Source: Alkalispirochaeta sp. | Lineage (GTDB): Bacteria; Spirochaetota; Spirochaetia; DSM-27196; Alkalispirochaetaceae | Direction: 5' to 3' | Assembly: GCA_965242725.1 (NCBI GenBank) | Contig: CBDESZ010000015.1 | Coordinates: 1-64,000 of the forward strand | Length of the DNA stretch: 64,000 bases | Shown here: piece after piece, positions 29,910 to 40,490 of the stretch | How the letters are laid out: every line of letters begins with the position of its first letter | Position numbering within the stretch: position 1 is the stretch's first letter | Program-made: the position numbers and the translations under genes | Notes under the pieces: generated by a model | Databases searched by the model: none | What the model saw: the letters and a program-made list of their open reading frames with translations, nothing else | Told to the model about the DNA's origin: nothing

Positions 29910-30902
29910 ATGGGTATACAAAAGATTGTTTCAACCCTTTTCATAACTCTTGGGATCGTCGCGCTGAGCGGCTGCAGTTCCGGATCCGGTTCCGGAAGCA
30001 CCCGGGAGCCGGAGGCAAGCCCGATCGTGCTCGGTTATTCCCAGCTGGGGGATGAGAGCACCTGGCGCAGCCAGAACAGCCGTTCCATAATCGCCGCCGC
30101 GGAAGAGGCGGGTATCAATATCATGTTTGAAAACGCGATGCAGGATCCGGAAAACCAGATCAAGGCGATACGCTCATTCATCGCGTACAAGGTCGACGTC
30201 ATCGCGTTTTCACCGCTGGTGGAAACGGGATGGGACACCGTACTCGGAGAAGCCAAGGACGCCGGTATCCCTGTGATCATCGTTGACCGTATGATCAACA
30301 CCGCCGACGACAGCCTCTACGCATGCGCCCTCGGCTCGGACTTTGAACAGGAAGGACGTCGGGCCGGGGAGTTTCTTCTCAGGAAGTTCGATGACCGGCA
30401 AGGTCCCGTCAATATCGTCGAACTCGGCGGCACTGCCGATTCAACCCCCGCCATCGGGCGATACAAGGGTTTCAGGGACGTCATCGCCTCCCACCCCCGT
30501 TTTCAGGTGATCTTCAGCGAGGACGGCGACTTCATGGCCAGCAAGGGACGGGAGATCATGCAGCAGGTGCTTACGCAGTTTGATCCATCGGAGATTGACG
30601 TTCTCTACTCCCACAATGACGACATGACCTTCGGCGCAATCGAGGTGATGCACGAGTCGGGAATAAAACCGGGCACTGATATTGTGATCATCTCCGTCGA
30701 TGCAACGCAGCGCATCGTCAACTACCTGAAAGCGGGGCTGGTGAATTCGGTCATTGAGTGTAATCCCAACAGCGGCCCTCAGGTGATGGATATCGCCCGC
30801 AGGATTGTCTCGGGTGAAGCGGTTGAAAAGCACATCTATATCAATGAGACCGTTTTTGACGAATATTCAGACTTGGACTCGATTGCGGACAGAGGGTACT
30901 GA
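29910..30902 (+). CDS. YtfQ-like substrate-binding lipoprotein associated with a sensor kinase
   Basis: LSGC lipobox, SQLGDESTWR, SHNDDM; directly upstream of the HK. Confidence 0.88.
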   Translation: MGIQKIVSTLFITLGIVALSGCSSGSGSGSTREPEASPIVLGYSQLGDESTWRSQNSRSIIAAAEEAGINIMFENAMQDPENQIKAIRSFIAYKVDVIAFSPLVETGWDTVLGEAKDAGIPVIIVDRMINTADDSLYACALGSDFEQEGRRAGEFLLRKFDDRQGPVNIVELGGTADSTPAIGRYKGFRDVIASHPRFQVIFSEDGDFMASKGREIMQQVLTQFDPSEIDVLYSHNDDMTFGAIEVMHESGIKPGTDIVIISVDATQRIVNYLKAGLVNSVIECNPNSGPQVMDIARRIVSGEAVEKHIYINETVFDEYSDLDSIADRGY

Positions 30903-30918
30903 TACCAGAGGTACGGGA

Positions 30919-32385
30919 ATGTTACGCACAAACAGTATACGCAAGACATTACGGGTAACAACCATCGTCGCCGTCCTCGCGATGGTTCTGCCTCTGCTGA
31001 TCAGTACCCTCTACTACAACATCACCCTGAGCCAGTATGGGAGGATCATAGACAACGTCTACAGCGCAAACAGCCTCTCCAGCCGCCTCCAGGGTGATAT
31101 TTACAACACCATGTGGAACGTCGTATCCGGGAAGACGAGATTCTCGGACAATACACAGTACGAGTTGATGGACCGAATCCGCGGTCGCCTGGACGCGTTG
31201 AAAGCGGGCGCCAACAGCGAGGACAACAGCTATCTGATCCAGGTAGCCAGGAACACCCTGGATACGATCGAGGGCTACGTTGACGAAATCGGTGCAAATA
31301 TCGCCTCCGGCCGCCCCGTCCGGGAGAACGAGGAAATACTGGGAGAGATCAGCTCGGTGAGCGAACTGCTCTATGACGTCATTCAGACTTTTGTCGCCGC
31401 TGAAATGGAGATCGCCCATATTCAGACGACACAGATTCAGCGGTCCAGGGACCTGATGACCGTCTTTCAGATCATGCTCTTTGCATCGATTCTCACCTTC
31501 CTCTTCAGGAACTACAAGCAGTTGAACCGCCGCATCAATGACCCCGTTTACCGCCTCAAGACGATGGCCTCCCGGATCGCCCAGGGCGACCTGTCGATCC
31601 GCGTCGATAAACCGGAGGTGAGCGAGCTTGATGAACTCACCGACAGCCTTAATACGATGGCGGGAAAGCTGGGTCAGCTGATCGAGCAGAATATGCAAAA
31701 ACAGCAGAACCTGCAGAAGGCGGAAATGAAGGCGCTCCAGGCGCAGATTGCTCCGCACTTCATGTACAACACCCTTGATACAATCCTCTCTCTGGCGGAG
31801 GACGGGCAGAACGAAAGTGTCGTGACCACGACGCTGGCACTATCCCGTTTCTTTCGCCTCTCCCTCAATAAGGGGAGGGACTGGGTGCCGGTGGCTGAAG
31901 AGAAGTCCCATGTGGAGAGCTACCTGGCCATACAGAAAATTCGCTACGGTGCGATTCTTGAATACGAAATCGACATCGCCGAGGAGATCCTCAACCAGTC
32001 GATGCTCAAGATTCTGCTGCAACCCCTTGTGGAAAACGCAATCTATCACGGCATCAAGGAGACGCGTCGCGCCGGTATGATACGGCTGACCGGAAGGTCC
32101 CGGGAAGGGTGTCTGATCTTCACGGTGGAGGACAACGGTCTGGGAATGACCGGGGAAGAGCTGGATACACTGAAGGAGAGTCTCTTTCACTACGACGTCT
32201 CCAATCCCGAGATGGGATTCGGCCTCTATAACGTATTCAAGCGGATTCAGCTTTACTACGAGATCGACAACGGACTGACTGTGGAAAGCGAGTATGACAA
32301 AGGGAGCCGAATCACCCTGCGGCTGCCGGCGATACCCTCGCCCGTCCCCGCCCGGGTGCCGGCGATTTCAGGGGGAGGGAAGTAG
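30919..32385 (+). CDS. YesM/LytS-type sensor histidine kinase
   Basis: 2 TM, HAMP, LQAQIAPHFMYNTL, QPLVENAIYHG, DNGLG. Confidence 0.93.
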   Translation: MLRTNSIRKTLRVTTIVAVLAMVLPLLISTLYYNITLSQYGRIIDNVYSANSLSSRLQGDIYNTMWNVVSGKTRFSDNTQYELMDRIRGRLDALKAGANSEDNSYLIQVARNTLDTIEGYVDEIGANIASGRPVRENEEILGEISSVSELLYDVIQTFVAAEMEIAHIQTTQIQRSRDLMTVFQIMLFASILTFLFRNYKQLNRRINDPVYRLKTMASRIAQGDLSIRVDKPEVSELDELTDSLNTMAGKLGQLIEQNMQKQQNLQKAEMKALQAQIAPHFMYNTLDTILSLAEDGQNESVVTTTLALSRFFRLSLNKGRDWVPVAEEKSHVESYLAIQKIRYGAILEYEIDIAEEILNQSMLKILLQPLVENAIYHGIKETRRAGMIRLTGRSREGCLIFTVEDNGLGMTGEELDTLKESLFHYDVSNPEMGFGLYNVFKRIQLYYEIDNGLTVESEYDKGSRITLRLPAIPSPVPARVPAISGGGK

Positions 32386-32387
32386 CG

Positions 32388-34046
32388 ATGCATACCGTTT
32401 TTCTCGTAGAGGACGAGCCGGTTATACGAAACAACATACGCAAGGCGGTGGAGCGGAACGACGAGTACTATAGCGTCGTCGGAGAGGCTGGTGACGGCGA
32501 GCTGGCGCTCTCCATGATTCGCGAGCTGAAACCGGACATCCTGATCACCGACATCAAGATGCCCTTCATGGACGGGCTTGCCCTCGCGCGTCACGCCAGG
32601 GCGATCATTCCATGGCTCAGAATCATCATCATCAGCGGCTACGACGAGTTTGAACTCGCCCGGCAGGCGATCTGGGTCGGTGTGGACCATTACCTTCTCA
32701 AGCCGGTGACGGGTCGGGATCTTCTCACGGCGCTCCAAAAGGCGAGCGACCAGATCACGGAACACAAGAAGCACAGCGCTTCCTATCTGAGCGAGAGTTC
32801 CGATGAAGAAACAGTCCGAAACGCGCTGGTAAGCACCTTCCTGGAACAGCTCTGCGGTGGAGGAATGACGCCGGACGAAACCTTTCGCCGCGCCGACGAG
32901 CTGGGAATCAACATCCTGAGCAGACGCTACGTCGTTCTCGTCTCGGTCCTCGAGGGGAAAAACGGCTACCCCAATCGACAGGAGATCGTATCACGGGTGA
33001 AGTACATGCTCGTTGACGAACCGGAGGTCTTTTATTTCTTTAACGGCGTCGATCAGGTGGTCATGATCATCAAGGGCGAGGAGGAGACCGATGTCACCGA
33101 AAAGGCGTACCACACGGCACAGACGCTCAAGCATGAAGTGGAGGACGACGGCACAACCCTCCTAACGGCGGGCATCAGCAGTGTTGCCTGCCGCATTAGC
33201 GCCATACGGGACGCCTATCACGAGGCGTGCATCCTCCTGAAAACATTCGGACAGACCAGCCGCGGCCGTATTCTCTGCGCCGGCGACATCGGGCGCATTC
33301 ACAGCCCCGTCACCACCTCCGCCGACAGGCTCTTCAACCTCAACACCGAGAACAAACTCAAGTTCGCCACTGCAGAGGATGTGCCTTCAATCGTCCGGGA
33401 GTTCACCGAGAACATCACCGCCGACGAGATGCAAAGCGTCCTCTACCGCTACTACGTCCTCATGGACCTCACCAACACGGCCATGAGGATCATCCGTGAC
33501 TTCAGCCCCGGCACCGATCCCGCGGAAATCGCCGGGCACTACGCGGACCTGCGGGAAATGTTCCAGTCCGCCATGTCGGCCGAGGAGTTCAGCGAACTTG
33601 CGACGGCAATCTGCCTGAAAACGATCGAGCTGCGCGACAGCGGCAACACCAGCCACCACGCAAAGCTGGTACGACGCGCCTGTGAGTACATTCAGGAGAA
33701 CTACAACCACCCCGACATCTCACTGACCACCGTCGCCTCCCACGTTGCATTGAGTCCCACCCACTTCAGCACAATCTTCTCCCAGGAAATGGCGGTGACC
33801 TTCATCGACCACCTTACAAACGTCCGCATGGAGAAGGTAAAGGAGCTCCTGGCAACCACAGACGAAAAGGTCGTCAACATCGCCTTTGCCGTGGGATACA
33901 ACGAGCCGAACTACCTGAGCCACCTTTTCAAGAAGCGGGAGGGACTGACCCCAAAGGAGTATCGGCAGCAGAGACGGCCGTACAACGTCACCCCCCGTGG
34001 TGTTGGACAGTACGCCCGAGGCGGAGGAGGGCGACACCAATCATAA
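32388..34046 (+). CDS. YesN-type response regulator (REC + AraC)
   Basis: VEDE, TDIKMP, YLLKP; C-terminal AraC HTH. Confidence 0.93.
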   Translation: MHTVFLVEDEPVIRNNIRKAVERNDEYYSVVGEAGDGELALSMIRELKPDILITDIKMPFMDGLALARHARAIIPWLRIIIISGYDEFELARQAIWVGVDHYLLKPVTGRDLLTALQKASDQITEHKKHSASYLSESSDEETVRNALVSTFLEQLCGGGMTPDETFRRADELGINILSRRYVVLVSVLEGKNGYPNRQEIVSRVKYMLVDEPEVFYFFNGVDQVVMIIKGEEETDVTEKAYHTAQTLKHEVEDDGTTLLTAGISSVACRISAIRDAYHEACILLKTFGQTSRGRILCAGDIGRIHSPVTTSADRLFNLNTENKLKFATAEDVPSIVREFTENITADEMQSVLYRYYVLMDLTNTAMRIIRDFSPGTDPAEIAGHYADLREMFQSAMSAEEFSELATAICLKTIELRDSGNTSHHAKLVRRACEYIQENYNHPDISLTTVASHVALSPTHFSTIFSQEMAVTFIDHLTNVRMEKVKELLATTDEKVVNIAFAVGYNEPNYLSHLFKKREGLTPKEYRQQRRPYNVTPRGVGQYARGGGGRHQS

Positions 34047-34671
34047 TAAACCAGGCGACGTAACCAAGCCCGGAAAGCGCCGAAAGGAGGTCTCCGATCA
34101 CCGGGACGTACAGCCCGAAAGCCAGGAAATTGGTTGCGAGTCCGACAACGGCAGTGGCGTTGGAGTAAAACGGACTTTTCAGCATCAAAGCGGATACAAG
34201 AAGCAGCGCGATGGTACCCAGAACATAGTGCAGGTGATATGCCGTTCCGTATGCAACCGAAAGCATCGCCTCTCCTGCCGCAATCAATGCGTTTCTGTCC
34301 GATGCAACGGCTGATTCCGCATAGCGTTCATAGAGATACATCATATTGAATACCGTGCTGGAGCTGAAAAATGCAATGGTTCCGGACAGTCCCAGGATGA
34401 GCGCCACAAGGGCTATTGACCTGTTTACCCTCCACAAAGACAGACACAGCGCGGGAATGAGAATCAGGTTAACGACGTTATTCAGGAGGTACAGCAGATC
34501 AAGGGAGACCAACCCCATGAGAATGTTCTTCTCAAAGAGTGCGAAGAAACCGGCGGCACTTTCCGGCGGCGGGCTCATGATAAAGGCGACGACCTGCCCG
34601 GGGATAATGGCAAGTGAAAAAAAGGCGCCAAGAGCGCCAAAAATATAGATGGGACGCCAGTGAGCTTCCAT
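33988..34671 (-). CDS. DUF4386-like membrane protein
   Basis: About 6 TM helices, GGAGG RBS; 3' end overlaps the RR. Confidence 0.65.
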   Translation of the reverse strand: MEAHWRPIYIFGALGAFFSLAIIPGQVVAFIMSPPPESAAGFFALFEKNILMGLVSLDLLYLLNNVVNLILIPALCLSLWRVNRSIALVALILGLSGTIAFFSSSTVFNMMYLYERYAESAVASDRNALIAAGEAMLSVAYGTAYHLHYVLGTIALLLVSALMLKSPFYSNATAVVGLATNFLAFGLYVPVIGDLLSALSGLGYVAWFIMIGVALLRLGRTVQHHGG

Positions 34672-34787
34672 AGGTACCTCCCGACCACCGCTGTAAATAT
34701 TGCAATGAGTATAGATTTATTACGGGCAGCGCGTCACGTACAGCTTCAGTCTTTACGGCCGGCGGCGCGCCTCTTATACTTTTGACC

Positions 34788-35918
34788 ATGAGAATTCGGC
34801 GTCTCGTCGGGCGCGCAACGCTGCTCCGTACTGCGCTGGTCGCGGTGGTACTCCTGTTGATACAGTCATGCAGCCCAACCCCGCCGGTCAGGATCGGATT
34901 TATCGCCGCCCTCAGCGGCCGCCTCTCACAGCTCGGTGTTGCCAGCAGGGAAGCGCTCCAGATCGCCGTTAGTTTGCAGAACGAGCGGGGCGGTATCAAC
35001 GGGAGACGGATTGAGCTCTCCGTCGTCGACGATCAGAGCATTCCCGAAAAAGGAATTGAAGAGATCAACAATCTCGCCGACGTGGGCGTCGCGGCAATTA
35101 TCGGCCCCCTCACCAGTAACATGCTCCCGGCAATTGAATCTCTGGAGGGCCGGAACATTCTCATATTCAGCCCCACCGTTTCCACCGCTTCCCTGGACGG
35201 CAGAGACGACCATTTTATTCGTGCTATTTCCAGTACATCTCATCAAGGTCGCATCCTTTCGGTGCTCATGGACCGGGATGGAATGGATACCGTTTCAATA
35301 GTCTATGACACCTCCAACGTAGAATACACCGGGGATGTTCTTGATTCGTTTCTGGAGTTCTATGGGGGAGCGGGTACCGTGAATGGAATCTATCCATACG
35401 ACAGTTCTGACGACCATGACTTTGTCGAACTTGCGGAAAAGATTGTCGGTGATTCCTCCCAGGCGTTGCTGATGATCACAAGTGGAATTGACGCGGCGGC
35501 GCTGGCGCAGCAATTATGGAAACGTGACCACGCCGTCGCGCTCTATGGGGCACGGTGGGCAAAAACGGACGATATCCTTGAGTACGGTGGCCGCGCGGTG
35601 GAAGGCATGAAGCTTGTCAGTGACTATTTTGTCTGTGAATCAGACGCCGCCGCGGAGTTTCGGCGTCGTTTTCGGCAACGACTGGGATACGATCCCGGAT
35701 TCTCATCGATATACACATATGAAGCGGCGCAGATACTCTTTTCCGCCATGGAGCGCGCCTCATCGTTTTCAGCCGACGAGTTGAAAAGTGAAATCCTCAA
35801 CAGGGTCCATCCCGGTTATTGTTACGATATCTTCCTCGACCGGTACGGCGATATCCAGCGGCAGGACGCGTATACGGTAATAGAAGAAGGAGTGTTCCGT
35901 GCGCGCCCGCTGGAGTAA
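34788..35918 (+). CDS. LivJ-type substrate-binding lipoprotein
   Basis: IQSC lipobox, GGINGRRIEL, IIGPLTS; no permease nearby. Confidence 0.88.
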   Translation: MRIRRLVGRATLLRTALVAVVLLLIQSCSPTPPVRIGFIAALSGRLSQLGVASREALQIAVSLQNERGGINGRRIELSVVDDQSIPEKGIEEINNLADVGVAAIIGPLTSNMLPAIESLEGRNILIFSPTVSTASLDGRDDHFIRAISSTSHQGRILSVLMDRDGMDTVSIVYDTSNVEYTGDVLDSFLEFYGGAGTVNGIYPYDSSDDHDFVELAEKIVGDSSQALLMITSGIDAAALAQQLWKRDHAVALYGARWAKTDDILEYGGRAVEGMKLVSDYFVCESDAAAEFRRRFRQRLGYDPGFSSIYTYEAAQILFSAMERASSFSADELKSEILNRVHPGYCYDIFLDRYGDIQRQDAYTVIEEGVFRARPLE

Positions 35919-38109
35919 CAACCGCTCGTTCTTCTTCTACTTTCTTATCGCCGCGTCGCTGATCATTCTATTTCTTGTGGTCATGCTCTCCGTCCTCTAT
36001 ACAAGTGCCTTTCGCAGGCACTTCATTGAAAACATACAACTTCAGTCCTCGGCTACCGTTGAAGCGGTGAATGGTCTGGTGGAGGCCTACATTCAGGAAT
36101 CCGCCGAAAAACTATCCGCCGCCGGGCAGGTTGCGGACAATGCCGGTGACCGGCGGTATGAAGAGCTGTCCCACGTCTTTGAGTACGCCCTTTTGTCCGA
36201 TCAATATGTAAAGTATTTTCAGGCCCTCGGTCCCGACGGTATCGTTGAGCTCGTTTATCCAGCCGACGGTACCCTTGTCGGAACGGATGCCTCGGGACAT
36301 CGGTTTTTTCGGGAAGGAATAGAAGCCGACGGGCCGCGCTGGTGGGGAACGATTCTTTCCAGTCAGACCAACGAGCCGGTGATCACGGTGACCGCACCCT
36401 ATTCCGGGGGGCTCCTGATCGCCCAGATTTCCCTCATTCCGATGCTTGAGAGTCTTGAAGCCATTTCCTCAAAAAGCAGCGGTGAAATCGCCCTGATGGA
36501 CAAGAACGGGATTTATCTGCTCCATTCCAGGGTAGACCGGGTTCGTCAGCGGGAGATCTCTCCCTTTCTGCCTTTGGTGCGGGGGCGGGAGGACCGGTTT
36601 TCCGACATTCTAGAAGTTGACGGCGAACGTTTCGTATGCACCGTTGCTCCCGTACCGGAGCTGGACGGCCATATCATCCTCTATCAGCCGTATGCGGCGG
36701 TGCAGGATGCATTCTCGGCACTCATTGTCCGCCAATCCCTGGTGGCTGCGCTCATTCTGCTGCTGGCGGTGTTTCTCGCCTATATCAGCGGGAAGTTTCT
36801 GTTGCGGCCGATATTGAAAACGGAAGAGGGGATCAATCGCATCGGGGAAGGCGATTACAGCTACCGCTTTGAGGAGCTCCCGTTTTCCGAATTCAACAAG
36901 CTGATTCTCAGCATCAATTCCATGGCCAGCCGCATACAGCAGCGGCAGGAGGAAATCGAAGCGGCCCGTGCCGCCGCGGAAGAGGCAAACAGGACCAAGG
37001 ATCGATTCATCGCCAACATGAGCCATGAGCTTCGAACCCCGCTCAACGGGATAGCCGGAATGACGAGCCTCCTTCTCGGCTCGGTGAACGATCCCGATCA
37101 TACTGAAAAGCTGGAGCTGGTGAAGGTTTCGGTGGATATGATCAGTCAGGTCGTCGGCGACATACTCGACTACGCGCTCATAGAACGGCAGGAACTCAAA
37201 TTACATCGGACGGTCTTTTCTCTCGGCGTTGTGTGCGACAATCTGATTCGACTCCATGAACGGGAGGCAGAGCGTAAGAATCTTCAATTGAAAAGCTACA
37301 ATCACCTGACGGGTAATGATCGTTTCGTCGGTGATCCGGTCCGGATTGCCCAGGTTCTGACCAACTTGCTGACCAATGCAATAAAGTTTACCGGCGCCGG
37401 TACGGTCGAGCTGAATGTGCACTCCCGTCAATCTGCCGAGTCACGGGTAAATATCGAGTTTGTCGTCAGGGACTCGGGCATCGGTATTCCTCCGGATGAA
37501 ATTTCCCGGATATTTGAGCGCTTTACCCAGCTTGACGATTCCACGACAAAGGAAGGGCGCGGTATCGGCCTCGGGCTGGCGATATCCCGTGACCTGGTGA
37601 GACTCATGGGCGGAACCATTACCGTTGAAAGCGCGGTTGGAGAGGGGAGTGTTTTTACCGTTGTCCTTCCCCTGGAAATCGCCGCGGAAGAGCTCCCTCC
37701 GCAGCCACCGTCCCGACGCGCACCCGATGAAGCGCCGGAACGGACGCTCCTCATCGCGGAAGACGAAGCAATCAACCGTATGTACCTGAAGCGACATCTT
37801 ACGGGTCTGGGATATACGGTGGCTGAAGCAGTAAACGGCGAAGATGCCTGGCGCATGGCCCTTGAACTTCGCCCGGACCTGGTCCTCCTTGATATCAGCA
37901 TGCCCGTCATGGACGGGTGGGCGGCGATTGAAAAGATTCGGTCCTTTCAGGAACTGGACGGAATTCCGGTGATCGCATTGACCGCCCACGCCCAGCGGGA
38001 CGTTATGGAACGGTGTCTTCAGGCCGGCATGGACGGTTTTATCTCCAAGCCGATCAATGAAGCCGTCCTCGACGGAAAAATCGCCTCCCTCCTGAGCACG
38101 CGGTCCTGA
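35899..38109 (+). CDS. hybrid sensor histidine kinase (Cache-HAMP-HisKA-HATPase-REC)
   Basis: ANMSHELRTPL, NAIKFT, DSGIG, GLGL, LDISMP. Confidence 0.93.
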   Translation: MRARWSNNRSFFFYFLIAASLIILFLVVMLSVLYTSAFRRHFIENIQLQSSATVEAVNGLVEAYIQESAEKLSAAGQVADNAGDRRYEELSHVFEYALLSDQYVKYFQALGPDGIVELVYPADGTLVGTDASGHRFFREGIEADGPRWWGTILSSQTNEPVITVTAPYSGGLLIAQISLIPMLESLEAISSKSSGEIALMDKNGIYLLHSRVDRVRQREISPFLPLVRGREDRFSDILEVDGERFVCTVAPVPELDGHIILYQPYAAVQDAFSALIVRQSLVAALILLLAVFLAYISGKFLLRPILKTEEGINRIGEGDYSYRFEELPFSEFNKLILSINSMASRIQQRQEEIEAARAAAEEANRTKDRFIANMSHELRTPLNGIAGMTSLLLGSVNDPDHTEKLELVKVSVDMISQVVGDILDYALIERQELKLHRTVFSLGVVCDNLIRLHEREAERKNLQLKSYNHLTGNDRFVGDPVRIAQVLTNLLTNAIKFTGAGTVELNVHSRQSAESRVNIEFVVRDSGIGIPPDEISRIFERFTQLDDSTTKEGRGIGLGLAISRDLVRLMGGTITVESAVGEGSVFTVVLPLEIAAEELPPQPPSRRAPDEAPERTLLIAEDEAINRMYLKRHLTGLGYTVAEAVNGEDAWRMALELRPDLVLLDISMPVMDGWAAIEKIRSFQELDGIPVIALTAHAQRDVMERCLQAGMDGFISKPINEAVLDGKIASLLSTRS

Positions 38110-38262
38110 ACGCACCTGACCGACTTGCCGGCGCCCGTACCGGCCACAACGCAATTTGAATTCCGTAGGTATCATTCAGGAAAGTGGTAACACTGTCTGA
38201 GATATAGCGCCTGCTAATGCTTCCGGGCTTCCTGTCCCGAAATTTCATGCGCGGACCACCCG

Positions 38263-38772
38263 TCACTTCAGCTCCGTCAAATACTGATCCCCGGTGAGCC
38301 ATAGTTCTTCCATGCGATACATGTGCCAGTGGTCGTGCATCAGGATGTGCCGCAGCAATATTCCCGCGGTATAGCGGCGAAATTCAGGATGAGTACCCTC
38401 ACGTTCCCAGATCGCATCGGGTAGTGAGACCGCCAGTTCAACCTGCCGCGCGCGCCACGATCTAAACTGTTCCAGTGCCTTCTCCGGCGGCATCATCGGT
38501 TCATCGGGACCGTCGTCCCGCTCCTGATCATCCGACGGTCCATCCGGCAAATAGGGGGTGAAATTCGGCCGCTCTTCGTCACGAAATCGTTCCAGCCGTC
38601 CGTGCAGCATGGACTGCACAAAGGCGAGATGTGACAGATGCTCCGACACGGTCCAGAATCCCCGCCGGCGGCGCAGGTCCATCTCTTCACCGGGAATTTC
38701 GGCGACAAACTGTTCCAGCACGTCCGGAGACAGCCGCAAACCTTCAATGATCACAGCGATTTCGTTACGCAT
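38263..38772 (-). CDS. DinB family protein
   Basis: WTVSEHLSHL and HDHWH metal-binding histidines. Confidence 0.85.
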   Translation of the reverse strand: MRNEIAVIIEGLRLSPDVLEQFVAEIPGEEMDLRRRRGFWTVSEHLSHLAFVQSMLHGRLERFRDEERPNFTPYLPDGPSDDQERDDGPDEPMMPPEKALEQFRSWRARQVELAVSLPDAIWEREGTHPEFRRYTAGILLRHILMHDHWHMYRMEELWLTGDQYLTELK

Positions 38773-38837
38773 CGTCACCTCCTACGTCCAAGGATATATC
38801 GGTTTTATCGAACGCTCCTACCCGCGGAGCGGAAGAC

Positions 38838-39201
38838 CTACCGGGTGAGGGCCGTCGTAATTGCGTTGAGGAGATCCGAAGTTGTGTAGGGTTTTTGTAC
38901 GACCCCGGTTGAAACAAAGGTATCGATCTCGCTGCGTATCTTCGGATCGTCGGAGGCGGTGACAAAGACGATTCGAAGCCCTCGTTCTGTCCTCGAGTGC
39001 CCGTGCCGCGTCGATGCCGGTGACTCCGTTGGCGAGGAAAATGTCCATGAGAATGAGATCGGGGTCCAGTTCCCGGGCGAGTCTGATCGCGCCGGCGCCG
39101 TTGGAAACGATCGCGGGCACGATGTGTCCCCAGGATTCCACGAGTTGTTTCATCGCGAGGGCGGTGATCATTTCATCTTCCACGATCAGGATTGACGCCA
39201 A
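38838..39201 (-). pseudogene. single-domain response regulator split by a +1 frameshift
   Basis: LIVEDE...LMDIFL; removing one base at 38979-38981 gives RIVFVTAS...VQKPY...TR* ending at TAG 38838-38840. Confidence 0.8.
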
Positions 39202-40122
39202 CGGTTCTCTTCCTTTTTCACCTCTGAAAATTCTACCACAAATGAAACGGTCTTTCCTTTTTCCGTCCGTGTGAATCCGTCCAGTTGCATTACCAGCGCA
39301 TCGACAAGAGACATATTCTCGACAAGCATCTCGTCTCCGAGATCGAGGGATGGTTGGGAGATGACGAGTGTCATTGCACCGGGTGACCTCTCATGTAGTT
39401 CAACTTCCACCTGAATTCTCCTGCCGCCTTGCTCCGCTCTCCGGAGTGCGTGAAGCAGAAACTCATTGACGATGAGACCGCAGGGAAGGGCCGTTTCAAT
39501 ATTCGTCGTTACGGGTTCCGCGTTGACGCCAATGGTGACGCCCGTCTGCCGCGGTGCCTCTTCGTCCATCGCCTGCTGCGCGAGGGCAGAGAGATATGAA
39601 TCGAGGCGGAGCGTCGCGTAGCTCCCGTCGCCGGAGAGCTGTTTATGGAGCAGGCCGATCGCGGCGACGCGGCTGGCGATAGACCCGATATGACGGTTTG
39701 CCTCCTCACCCTCCGATTCATTGCGCTGAAGTTGAATGAGCCCCGCAACGGTCTGCAGGTTGTTCTTGACGCGATGGTGAATCTCCTGGAGGAGCAGGTC
39801 TCGTTCCGAAACCGCCCGTTCAAGCGCCTCCTGATTCCGTTGTCGAGCCCGGATATGCGTCTCCGTGGATACGGCGTACAAAAAGAGCAGGAAGTAGGGA
39901 ATGATCATAACTTCCAGGAACTCTTCAACGGTGTCCGAAGGTCGAATCGATCCCGGAGTGCTCAAGCAAATTGGCGACGACGGTGAAAAGCACGATGAGG
40001 ATGGGGATAAGAAGAAATACCGCCACCCGGGGTTGCAAGTGGCCGGCGACGATCTTGACGATCATCACCACGATCGTTGCAACGAGGACCGCCGCCGCAA
40101 GGGCGTTGATTGTAATGATCAT
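39186..40122 (-). pseudogene. HisKA_2-type sensor kinase with 3-TM N-terminus and degenerate ATP lid, split by a +1 frameshift
   Basis: MIITINAL...NLLEHSG frame joins the DTVEEFLEV...EIHHRVKNNLQ frame if one base near 39935-39936 is removed. Confidence 0.75.
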
Positions 40123-40394
40123 CGGGAGTCTCCCACTGAGGAGGAAAAATTGCGCAACACTCCCCACAGGAAAAAGACCGACGCGACGAGAATCGAAATG
40201 TGCTCGGCCGTATTGAACATGTCGGGAAGGGCGGTTCCTTCGACGATCGTAAAGACGTGGGATGCGACAATTGCACCAATGCCGCACAGAAACAATGGAT
40301 AGCGGGGGAGTCCGGTACGAAATACTAGGACAACCAGAATTGGAAGGCTCAGTATGTCGCCGAGGAGGTTAAACAGTTCACTCGTTTCAAACAT
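40119..40394 (-). CDS. small 3-TM membrane protein coupled to the kinase
   Basis: ASHVFTIVEG...FNTAEH; ATGA overlap with the kinase start. Confidence 0.7.
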   Translation of the reverse strand: MFETSELFNLLGDILSLPILVVLVFRTGLPRYPLFLCGIGAIVASHVFTIVEGTALPDMFNTAEHISILVASVFFLWGVLRNFSSSVGDSR

Positions 40395-40490
40395 TTCTGA
40401 ACAAATAATAGGAAAAGCGATCCCCGCGTACAAGCGGATTCGGGCAACCGACACCATCGGCGCACGCTGAATGGATACAGGAACGGAGTG

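Noticed and set aside
33988..34046. 59-bp convergent overlap as a functional feature
   Set aside because: Both tails are low-information extensions; probably a lost stop codon.
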